A DNA stretch of 64,000 bases from Gracilinanus agilis (GCF_016433145.1 NC_058133.1:163057176-163121175); one strand, 5' to 3'; numbered from the stretch's first letter, positions 12,778-23,149 are shown. Translations and numbers: made by a program. Notes: a model not told the origin generated them from the sequence alone.

Positions 12778-15700
12778 AAAGATGAAGAACACCAAAGAGC
12801 ATTTTCACTGAGCTGATGTCTCCCCCTACACACCTCCCAGATCACCTGGACTATGACTAGAGATGGTTTGAAGGGACCTAGACTTGTTAATTAACCTAAA
12901 CAGTCGCATTCCTCATTTGCAAGGTGCATTATTGTTAATTAAAACCCCAATTCTCTCGTTGTTGTGCCCAGACTGCGAGCTGGCTGTTGTCAGAATAATT
13001 AGATAGCGTGTGATGGTTTTAATGCAAATCCCTGGCAATTAGAGTTGGCAGTAGATTGGAATTGAAATCCCAGCAAAGTTCTCAATCAGGAGGATGCAGA
13101 CAGTGGTGGTGGGAGGAGGGGGATTAGAAAGGAAGGTCTTGGAACAGGAAATGGGTCATAAAAGCAGAGAGACCAACAACCTATTTCCCAAATCCTTTCA
13201 GATAGCCCTCCAGGCCCTAATTAGATGTGGATTGAGGGAGGAAGAAAATTAATGGGAAGCTGTGACCTTTGACCTGTTTTTAAAGCTCATCATCATCATC
13301 TGTACCTACATAGATATTGTACTCTATTTATTTGGTAATATATCTAAAACAAAATTCATCACCTCTGACATATATTTGAAGATCTACGATAAATTCTAGA
13401 AGGGTTCTCTCATAGATGTCTTTCCAGGAAGGGGTGACAGAACAGTGACCCTCCCAGGAGCCCCCTTCTCTCAGTCCTAGGCTGCTCTTTCCCTGTTCTC
13501 ATTTCTTTTGAGAAAATTTCCCTTTCACCACAAGTTCTCAGGATAACAGTGTTTCGCTAAAGTCTCTTCAGACTCTAAGAATTCTTGTTCTTAAGGGCCC
13601 TAAAAAAGTGGCATCTTGCAATAATAAGTTTGTATTTGTGCTAGCACTTTAAATGCATCATCTCTTCTTTTGATCCTTTTAACAAGCCTGAAAGGCAGAT
13701 GTTATTAAATTACCTTATTTTACTGCTTTGGAAACTGAGGCTTCAAGGGGCTAAATGATTTGTATAGAATCATGCAGGTAACAAGTATTCTAGGTGGATG
13801 TTAAAACCAGAAAGTCTTCCCAACTTCAAATCCAGTCACTTATACCTCTTCTGTCTCTCTAGGGAGAAGTTGCAAGGGAGCAGAAGGAAGTCTCAGCATT
13901 TGATGGTGTGCTGTGGGCTGTATCAATAAACAGGATCATGGTACTCTCGGGGAAACCCTCAAGGAAATGATTGAGAATTATAGCACGAACAGTGGAGACT
14001 GGACAATAGCACACACTTCCTAAATTCCAGAGTAATTAATAAAAGGAAAATGCAATCTCGTAGCTATGTGTCTCCCCACCAACACCACCACCTCCAGTTT
14101 AACTAGGTCAGACTTTGAATCTGGCAGGATGCGTTTTGAAATAGGAGGTCTACTAAAGAGAGGGACAAGAGCTGAGGAGATGCTGCAAGAAGGCAGATGG
14201 GGTTGCTGGGTGGAGAACAGTAAGGAAAGATGGAGAAACTGAGAAGGGATCAAAGGGAGGAAGGAGAGACAAATGTACTGATGCAGGGGAGATTGGGGAC
14301 CTCTTCCTAGCTTGAGCCCCACCTGTCTCTTCCTCCTCTGAGATATCCTCTCCCTGCCTCCCTCAGGTTTCAGAATGTCTCCTTTCCTTCGGCCACTCAA
14401 TCCCTCCCTTCGGTTTGTTACCAACCAATCAGGGGGAAGTCTGGTTGTTGCTAAGCAACAGGAGGTGGGGGATTTGGAAACTACATCACTCCCTCTACTC
14501 CCACTCCAAAACTCCCTGAACCTGGCATTCTCCAGTCCCACCTCTGCCCCAACCCCAGCTTAGAAACAGCCCATTTGGGAAGGGAAGCCAGATACAGCAG
14601 ATCTGAGGAGATGAGCACATCTGGGTCCAGGCAGCTCCTGGGAAGGAAATTTCCTGGACCCACAGCTTTCAGGCTTGTTAAGTGTTCAGTCAAAGGATAC
14701 TTTGACTTTCTTCCATGGCGTTTGTCGTGGGCTGAGGGGAGATTTATCTGGCTTACTAGTCTCTGGGTTCCATGGGAGCTCCTGTTGTGGGGAGAGGAGT
14801 TTTGGCTTGAAAATTTCTTGTTCTGGGTGTGTGTGTTGAGACAAGGCCAAGAGGCAAATAGGCCAAAAGTAATTGATGAGAAGACTAAGATGTAGAAGAG
14901 TGGAAAACAAGAATAACTCATCTGTGAAGGTTGGGCCCAGAACTTGGGCCAGGGAAGGAAATTTAGACAATTCCAGTAAGAGGCTGGGTCATGCACTCAT
15001 CTCCACTAGGTCAGATACTTTCCAGCTTCTCCCCACCCTCCCCATCCCCTCCTCCCAACATCCATTATCCTTCCCAGAGAGGACTGATAAAGGAAACCGG
15101 AGAGGGGAAAATAAGTGAAATGGGATAAAGAGTGAATCATAACCCCTGACCCCACCTCCTAAGAACAGAATGGAGGAGGAAGGATAGGGAGGGAAAAGAG
15201 AAAATGAACTTGGCTAGAGGGGACCTAATAAGGAATTTTACATGAACACACAAAAACATAATTTAGCACATGCATAGATACATCAAATACACATACAAAG
15301 ATAAGACTAGTTTATGCACACCCAACCTAAACTAAAGGGTGACTGTATCAAAGAGGGAGGCATAATGGTTATCTTTAATGTGCCTTTCAGCTTTAAAAAT
15401 TGCTTTGGACTATGAGTAGGAATGGGTTTTTTGTTTGTTTGTTTGGTTTTTGCCTGGTAGTTCAGTGGGGCTAAGAACTTAACTGAAGAGGTCTATAACC
15501 AAATCAGGAAGCCTTCAGTTAGAATCTGTGCATTTGCTCTAGATAGAACAAAGGACAGAGGTATCCTAATAGGGATTTGTTCTTTTAGGGTCCCTAATAT
15601 TCCTTTCTTGATTCTGGGCAGAAAAACTGAGAAAAAAAGAAGAGGGAACTGAAATGAGCAAAAAGAATACGAGAAGTCATTTAAAGGAGAATCAGTTAAG

Positions 15701-15995
15701 TCCTCAGGTTCATTCCCACCATTCCTCCCAAGTCCAGCTTCAGGGTTCCCAGTCACCTAGACTCTTCCTGTCTCACCTGCCAAACTGGTTCGCTTGAGAA
15801 TTCTTCCCCCATTTTTCTTAAGCTCCTACATCTCAAGGGAACTTTCGGTGTCCATTTGACCTGCTTCTAGGGTACCCCCAGGCACACCTGATTGTTACTA
15901 GCTGGGGAGAGAGGTGTTGGTAGAAGTGCCTAAGGTGGGACAAGGCCCACCACCCTGGCCAAATAAGAAAACATCAGCTTCATAGCAGCACAGAC

Positions 15996-16001
15996 TTTAA
16001 T
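15996..16001 (-). terminator. ACKR1: ACKR1 polyadenylation signal ATTAAA
   Basis: Minus strand CCAACTGAAATTAAAGTCTGTGCTG about 100 nt after the stop. It resembles the short human ACKR1 3'UTR end (…CTGAATTAAAGTCT…, recalled). Confidence 0.8.
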
Positions 16002-16097
16002 TTCAGTTGGCAGCAGAGAGAACTGAGACTTGCCTCTTAGGATGCCCAGATGCCAGGGTGAGCCTGGTAGGAGTAGGGGAGGGGGGAGAGGGAAGAC

Positions 16098-17021
16098 CTA
16101 GGATGGGTTGACTGTGGGGGTCCAAGTGGCACGGTGACAGAAGAGTGCCAGCAGTAATGGAGTGGCGAGGCAGTGCAATATCCCCAGGATCTCTGCAGAC
16201 TGCAACAGGAAATCTAGGGTCTGTTGGGCAAAGCATGTATGCATTGACAAGTTTTCTGTCCTTACCAGGGCATCAAGCCCTATCATTACTGCATGGAGCC
16301 ACCAGAAGAGAAACCAGACCCATAGGATATTAGCCCATGGTCCTGATCCTCTGCCTTTTACCCTCTGAACTGCCCATCCCTGAACTAGCCCCAGGGGCAA
16401 AATGAGGAAAATGACAAGGCAGGCCACAATATGGATCCAGGGCCAAACCCATACATCATTGCTGATTGATAAGGTGCAGAACCCAGAGATAATATCACTG
16501 GCCAGTGTGACAGGCAAGGCCATCAGCAGAGCAACACTCCACACAGCCAGTGAGAGTTTGAGGAGCCAGCTTTGGTTCAGTTCAGGACCCAGACAGGAAT
16601 ATAAACACACCAGCAGAGCCTGGGCAAAAGCTGAGGCATACCAGAGCCCATGTACCATGCAACAGAGGGTGGTGTCTGGGGCAGGGTTCAATCCTGGTGC
16701 CAGAATGGGCAAAACAATGCTGAAGAGGGTACTGCCCCCAGCCAGCTGTGCCAAGATGGTCCGGTCTGGGCATAAGTTCCAGCAGGCAAGGGGTTTGAGG
16801 AGGGCAAAGAGCAATATCCCACCACCTAGTATGCCTAAGGCACTGGTAAGAGCAAAAAAGGGCAGTGAGCTGTCATCTAACAGGGAACAGGAACGGCAGG
16901 GAGCAGCCATGTTTAGGTCTTCCTCAGTGTAGCTGTAATTGTAATTGGACGACCAATCCCAATCGAAGTCTTCTGTACTATTGAAGGTCCAGTTTTCAGG
17001 GTTCTGAAGCCCGGGTTCTGC
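16098..17021 (-). CDS. ACKR1: ACKR1 coding exon 2 (7-TM atypical chemokine receptor, 307 codons plus TAG)
   Basis: Acceptor GTTTCTCAG|GCA GAA at 17022/17021. The translation contains AAPCRSCSLLDDSSLPFF, LAPGL, WYASAFAQALL, LPVTLAS, GPWANILWVWFLFWW, TCFAQQTLD and LHCLATPLLLALFCH, all recognisable ACKR1 segments. It lacks a DRY motif. The intron is 823 nt (17022-17844). Confidence 0.97.
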   Translation of the reverse strand, partial: AEPGLQNPENWTFNSTEDFDWDWSSNYNYSYTEEDLNMAAPCRSCSLLDDSSLPFFALTSALGILGGGILLFALLKPLACWNLCPDRTILAQLAGGSTLFSIVLPILAPGLNPAPDTTLCCMVHGLWYASAFAQALLVCLYSCLGPELNQSWLLKLSLAVWSVALLMALPVTLASDIISGFCTLSISNDVWVWPWIHIVACLVIFLILPLGLVQGWAVQRVKGRGSGPWANILWVWFLFWWLHAVMIGLDALVRTENLSMHTCFAQQTLDFLLQSAEILGILHCLATPLLLALFCHRATWTPTVNPS

Positions 17022-17844
17022 CTGAGAAACATACCACAAAGGGCCACTCAGAGAATCCTTTCATTCCCTCCTCCCACCTATCCCAAGTAGAATGAGGTGA
17101 GCAGGGGAGAAGGAAGAACAGGGGTGCTGTAATGGTTGGGATTAGGAGAGTGAGATGGGGAGAGTGGGGAGCTCAGGGGAAGGTGGCAAGAAAATAAGAC
17201 ATGGTGAAAAGGGATCAGTAAGAAAATGAGGGTCCATAACAGAGTTAAGAGGAGAGAATGAGTTCCAAGGTACTGGAATCTGTCAAATAGTGGGGAACTA
17301 GGAAGGAATTCAATTCAAGATCTGGATAAAGAATAAGATGTTAATAAGAGATCCAGGGCTTAGGACCTGAGAAGAGTAGATGAGGTAGAGGGATTCGAGG
17401 GAAACTTGAAAAATGTGGAATGATTGGGGTGAGGAGAAAGATGAGAATGAGTGTTTAAGGAATGAAAGGTGAGAAAGGGAAGAAAATGAGGGATAATGTG
17501 GGAAAGTATGAGAAGAGAAGGAAGTGAGGAGGAAGTGGATGGGGAGGGAAAGATTAGAAAGGATGAAGAGAGGAGGTGAAGACCAAGATGGGATGAAAAG
17601 AGGTTAAAAACTTAGGAGGGAAAAGTAAGCAGTTTAGGAGGAAAGGACTAATGAAGGAAGGATGAGATATAAAGTGAGGAGGAGGGAAGGGGAAAAGAAG
17701 CAAAAAATGAAGAAGAAAAGAATGAGCCAAAATAGAGGAGAGATGGAAGTAAGAGTTAAAATGGAAGTACAAGAAAGAATGGGATAAGGGGGTCTTTGAA
17801 TATTTGGGATGAGGGGGTCTTTGAATATTTGCCCACACACTCAC

Positions 17845-17865
17845 CCGATGCAGACAGTTCCCCAT
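17845..17865 (-). CDS. ACKR1: ACKR1 (Duffy antigen / atypical chemokine receptor 1) coding exon 1, MGNCLHR
   Basis: Minus strand reads ATG GGG AAC TGT CTG CAT CGG then the donor GTGAGT (17844). This matches the 7-codon MGNCLHR first exon of the major mammalian ACKR1 isoform. Confidence 0.96.
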
Positions 17866-17929
17866 GGTTTTAGGCAGAGCTCAGGGCGATCAGGGTGGGC
17901 CAGTTCAAAACTGCCAGAGTTTGTGTCTG

Positions 17930-17962
17930 AACTTCCAAGATAAGAGCTATGGACTAATGAGA
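17930..17962 (-). promoter_or_regulatory. ACKR1: ACKR1 erythroid promoter GATA-1 box (TTATCT at 17938-17943)
   Basis: Minus strand CTCATTAGTCCATAGCTCTTATCTTGGAAG, nearly identical to the human Duffy promoter segment carrying the GATA site mutated in Fy-null alleles. It lies about 75 nt upstream of the ATG. CACCC boxes are at about 17893-17900 and 18005-18014. Confidence 0.88.
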
Positions 17963-19143
17963 AACTTCATGCCCCAGGGCAAGCCTTTAAGGTTGAGTTG
18001 GGAAGGGGGTGGGGTCCGCAGAATAATCTTCAGGAAGTTGGCTTGGCTAGATCTTTACCTCTAGCCTGTTTGAAGCATGGTATTACATCCAGGGCTTCCT
18101 GCTTTGGAGCCAATATTGACTTGGCAAAGAAGCTGGGACTTTCCATGGGGAGAAGACAAGGTGGGCAAGGAAAATATAGAGATACCAAAGCCTTTGGGAA
18201 ATAAGGGTGGCTATCTATGTGTCTTCTGTCACTCCAGCTCTTTAAGGCTGGTTCTAGGAAAAAACAGTGGGCACCAAGAGTATATAAGTGTGAATAAGAG
18301 ACGTTGTTAGTGGTTGGATGTGTGATTGTACCAATAGTAATGTATATGTGGAGTGTGTGTTTCTAGATACAAATTTGGGTATATAGCACTGTGCCTGTCC
18401 TGAGGCAACTGGATATGAGTGTGCTTTTGTGGGTGAGTCCCTGTGTAGCAGTGTGAGTGGTATGTGCCACCAGAGGTGGGTGTCTGAGTGTTAGTGTGGC
18501 TCTGTCTGTGTTTGTTCAATGTGTGAGTGGGAAGGAATTAAGGGGAAGATGAGCCAGAAGGAGGCTACCCTGAGAGGTAATTTTCCATTTTCCTGGGAAT
18601 CTCTGGGATGTCTAGTTGGGAGATTAACAGCAATGAATGAAGTGAGGGAACCTTTGGGGTTAGGACAACAGGTTGTAATTGGGAGGGGATTGGGGTCGGT
18701 TGGGAGAACCTCCCGGGGGTTATAGAGTCTACCATGTAGTGATAGAACTTTTAATTAGTAGGCAAATGGATAGACAGGAGAAGATGCCATTTTTCCCTGT
18801 GGATCATCACCTCCTAATAAATGACTTTCCTTGTTCGTGGACCTGTTCAGTCCCATGTCTTCTTATGGTTTCAGTGGCTTCATCCTTTTCTTTGTTTTGA
18901 CTTCTTGGCCAATTCTTACAACTAAGCAATATCTTTGGTCTCAAGGTTAGAGGGATCTGGAATATGAGCAGTCGGGTTCCATGATGTGGAAAGATGTTCA
19001 CAGTGTACTGATCTTTTGGTATGGCCTACTTAGGGCTGTTCCCTCTTGGGATGTCCATCTGAGTCAGAGAATAGTGGTGGCTGGATGACAAGATGAATTA
19101 TGGGCAGGATATCTTGTAGGAGAGTTAGTAGTATTGGGGGAGG

Positions 19144-19146
<3 letters not shown>

Positions 19147-19180
<34 letters not shown>
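19147..19180. repeat. T34 homopolymer (A34 on the gene strand) between CADM3 and ACKR1
   Basis: Seen directly. Confidence 0.97.
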
Positions 19181-19183
<3 letters not shown>

Positions 19184-19779
19184 TCTTTCTACCCAGTTAT
19201 TCTAGAGATCACAGGATTATAGAAGTCAGCTCAAGGAGTTCTAGTTCATGCTGGGTAGCATAGTGGGCTAGGGTTGGATCTGGAGTCAGTAAATTCAACC
19301 TTAGACACTTTGAAGCAGTGTGACCCTGGTCAAATCATTTCACCTCAGTTTTCTCCTTTGCAAAATAGGAGGAATACTAATTCTTACCTCACATGGTTAT
19401 CGTAAAGATGAAAGATTGTATCTGTAAAATTTTTTGCAAACCTTAAAGCCCTATTACTTATTATTATTAAATGTTTGTAATGCCACCCTCCCTAGAAAGG
19501 TTGTTTTTTGTCCCCTTTCAAAATCTCTCCAAAGATTCCTATGTTTGGGGATGGGGATCCACAGTTCTCATTTCTGCCATTGAGCATAAAAGGCCTGGGC
19601 AGCCAAGGGAGAAAAGAAGCAGCATAGACCCATTCTTCAGTTATTCTATTGCCCAGGGAGTTCTTGTGGGATCTCCATCCTATCCTATCCTATGCTGCTC
19701 TACCCTGCCCTGCCCTCCCCGCCGCCTATCTGGGCAGTGTGAGCAAGACATGAAGCATCCCAGTGACACGGATAATCCA

Positions 19780-22111
19780 GATATATTGAGGAGTAGCCCC
19801 TCTGAGATTAGCACAGGAGAATTAGAAAGGTTATAAAGATACACGATCCCCTCCCGTCCCGGCCCCTTCCCTCCCGCCTCCCTGGACAGACATACACAGC
19901 ACGACAGGCCCCCCTCCCCCGCCCCCCCGTACAAATATGGCTTCTGTGTATATGGACAGAGTGGTTCAGCTCGAAAGAGTTAGTTGTTTGTCCCGAAAGG
20001 GGATGCCCGGGATGGAGAGCCCGGCAGGGCCGGGGTCCCGGGGCCCTTTCAGTTGGAGGGGGATTGGGCCCCTGGTCTGGGTGTGGGGCTGCCTGCTGTG
20101 CCCAGCGTTTGGAAGATTCAGAAGGGCGGTACCTGAACTGAAGGGAGACTATACTTTGGCAGGGAGGGAGAGAGGTGGGTTCCCTTGCCAGGTTGCAAAT
20201 GCCCCTCCTCCCCACCATTCTTACTGGGGCTGCTGGCATAGGCTGGGAGAGGAGTGAGGGGAGTGCCGAAAGGAGTCCTGGGCCCAAGTTGGGAGCAGGC
20301 CAGGAGCCCTAAAGCAGCCGGACTGAGCAGGGTAGGATGGGGAGGGGGTAGTGAGCAGGCCTCGTCTCCATAGCAACCAGCTCAGGACCAAGGAGGCAAA
20401 ACGGATGAGGAGAAGAAAGGGCGGGGATGCAAAGACAGGAGACCTCACCCCCAACCCTCCCAGGCCTTCACCCCACTGAGCAGACTAGGGGTGGGGGGGA
20501 GGGAGGCGAGGAAGTGAGGGGATTGGAAGTTAGTATCCAGGAGAGGCCTGGGGTGTGCATAGACTTAGTGGCAGGGGAAGGGGTTTGAGTGTGAATGAGT
20601 ATGTGTGTGTGTGTGTGTGTCCTCAGTGGGGAGGTCAGGGCAGATGCTGAGCAGAGACCCACCCTGAGATTCCTCTCTTGGAGGCAGATGGGCACTGCGG
20701 GGGGCAGGGGGGTAAACATGGTTAAGACTAGGACAGGGTATCCTCCCTGGGTGAGGTATGTACCCTAATCTCCCAAAGCCCTTCTGTATACCTTCCCACA
20801 GTCACCACCTACCCACAGGCCTCCCCAACACTCTTTGTCCTGGGGTCTTGGGCAGGGAACAGCTCCATGCAGTTAAGATCCTTCTAGGTTTTTTGTTTGC
20901 AAATGTTATATGTATCTGTCTGCTGGGGGCAAGGGGCTTTGGCATGGGATGGCATAGGAGGGGAGGGCTGGCTGGCTGGTTTGTAATGCCTTAGAAGGGG
21001 TTGCCATGCAACAGTTCAATGCCTGGGAGGGGAGTCTGGGGCCCCTCCATAGGGGAGAGCAGGCTGGGTTGGGGCCCCAGGGCAATTCCTCTCCCACTGC
21101 TGACATTAAAGGAAGGAGACAGTATTGCCTTGTTGTCCTTTCCTGGCCCACTCTATTCCTTTCTCCCTGTCATGCCCTGATCCCCTGGCTGTGCTGCTTC
21201 TGGAGGGAGGGGAGGGATAGGGGATACAGTATTATATAAATCTTAGAAGCGAGTGTGTATGTTGGGGGGGGGGGGGACGAGCCAGCCTCAGCTGCTCTTT
21301 CACTCTAGACTTCCTCTTTTCTGTCTTGGTTTCCACCTCAGTGTGAAGCACTGTCGCCCCGCCTCACTGCCTGGTCCTCCGCTGTAGTCTCTGGTCCTCA
21401 TCTCCCACCCCTTTCCTCCCCTGTAAGAGGGCTGTGGGGGGAGCCGGTCCAAGATAAAGTGGCAAGGCTGGCCTCTCTAGTGCCACGACGACCACGGCCC
21501 GAGAACCCAAAGCTCCCAGAGTCCTCTGCTGTTTCCCTCCTACCCAGCTCATGCCTAGCTCTCTGAGGAAAGAAACACTCTCTCTGGGGCCCAAGACAGC
21601 CTGCCCCGACCCATTCCTGGAGATGATGTGGTTCCGGCCGTATCAGACTGGGGAAACTGCTCTGCTCTAGGGAATGGACGGTCCTCCGGAGTGGACCAGC
21701 CCATCTCTCTCCTTTCTTCAGACCCCTCTGTTCTTTGCTCCTTTGCTTTTCCTCGCCTAACCCTTCCGTTCCTGCCATCCCCCACCCTAGGGGCCCCTGC
21801 CCCCTCCAGCCTGGACACGGATTTGATTCTGGGATTGTTAAAAATAAAAAATAAACCCAAACGCAGAGAAGCCACAGAAAGGGCCGAGGGCAACCCTCTC
21901 TTCCCCTCCCGCCCCCCCCTCCCCATTCCAAACCGAGTACAAAACCTCGCCCAAAGCAGACATTCTGTACAGGGGGGCGGGTTGGGCTGGGGAGCAAGCG
22001 GGAGGGGGCGGCCCTGGGGTCGCTCTGTACAAGTCCGGGTTGGTGCCTCGGCCCCGGCAGGCCCTAGGGTGGGCCCCCCCCGGGGGGGCCGTGACAGATG
22101 GGCAGACACCC
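19780..22111 (-). other. CADM3: CADM3 3'UTR (distal end uncertain)
   Basis: Repeat-free, GC-rich and CpG-retaining stretch after the stop codon. Only a weak AATATA (19782-19787, minus) marks a possible 3' end. Confidence 0.6.
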
Positions 22112-22230
22112 CTAGATGAAGTACTCCTTCTTGTCATCCCCGCCTGACTGCCCGCCCTCTGCATTGATGATGGCCGTGTCAGCGTCTGGTGCGTCATCTG
22201 AGCCTTTGGCCTCGTGTGTCAGGTACGTCC
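22112..22230 (-). CDS. CADM3: CADM3 last coding exon (exon 9), cytoplasmic tail
   Basis: Acceptor CTCCATCTAG|GG. Encodes [39 protein letters not shown], with the protein 4.1/FERM motif and the type II PDZ motif EYFI. Confidence 0.98.
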
Positions 22231-22654
22231 CTAGATGGAGACAAGGACTTCCTCTCAGATTTGTCCCCCACCTCCGGCATTCTACCTTGCCAGGGTTTCC
22301 CCCCCCAACCCAACTTCCCTCCCCCATAAGCCACAGACCACCTCCTCCTCGTCCTCCTCCCTCCCCAGTTTCCCCTCTATTCCCTGCCCAGGCTTTCCTC
22401 TCTGTGGTTCCTTTTTGACCTCTTGCCTTTGGGGGCTCCAATGCTTTGAACACACAAGGATTTCAAGAGTCCTGTTTGGGGCTCTGGTGGCCTCATCATG
22501 CTCACTGGTAGAGTTAAGTTCCCACAGGCACCAGGACTGACATTCAATTTGTCTCTACGATCAAGCTACTGGTTGGAGGTAACATTTGATGAAAATGGAG
22601 AAAAAGGGAGGAAGAAAAAAAAGAAAAACAAGCTAAGGATATAAAGTCAGGGGA

Positions 22655-22676
22655 AGAGAGAGAGAGAGAGAGAGAT

Positions 22677-22742
<66 letters not shown>
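22655..22742. repeat. (AG)n microsatellite, about 43 units, interrupted, CADM3 intron 8
   Basis: Seen directly. Confidence 0.97.
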
Positions 22743-22744
<2 letters not shown>

Positions 22745-23149
22745 GAAAGATGAAAGGAGATAAAAAAGGAAAGATGGAGTTAGAAACAGAAAAGGCGAAA
22801 GGAAAAGAGAGCTAGAAATGGAAGAATATGAAGGGATCTGGGATGGGAACGAAAAAAAAAAACGTAGGGAGCCGGTGGCTGGCTCTGCAGAGTAGAACCC
22901 TAAAAGTAAGAAAAGCATGGGAACAGCAGCTGGCTGAGTGGGCAGGTTTTGTTTTATTTGGATGATCATCGCCAAATTATCAGACTCTATTCTAGGGTTG
23001 GCAGGGACAGTGTTGGCAGTGGACAGCTCTTCCTTTTTTCAAAGTCATGGAGGTCCAGTAGCCTCACATAGTCCTCTCTCCGTGTCTATTCTCTGTCCTG
23101 GCTTAACCCCTCTCCCTTTGGCTCCCTTAGGACTGTTCTACCCCCTAAC

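Noticed and set aside
14020-14996. 171-173 aa minus ORFs downstream of ACKR1
   Set aside because: No recognisable domain, compositionally biased, beyond the ACKR1 poly(A) signal.
16402-16932. 176-aa plus-strand ORF
   Set aside because: Antisense shadow of the ACKR1 coding exon.
17022-17039. ORF-track start MWYVSQ as an unspliced ACKR1 isoform start
   Set aside because: The first codon is TTG, not ATG, and the segment is the intron acceptor; no evidence for an intron-initiated isoform here.
21398-22197. Several 119-199 aa ORFs on both strands
   Set aside because: They lie in the GC-rich CADM3 3'UTR; no homology-like features or splice support.
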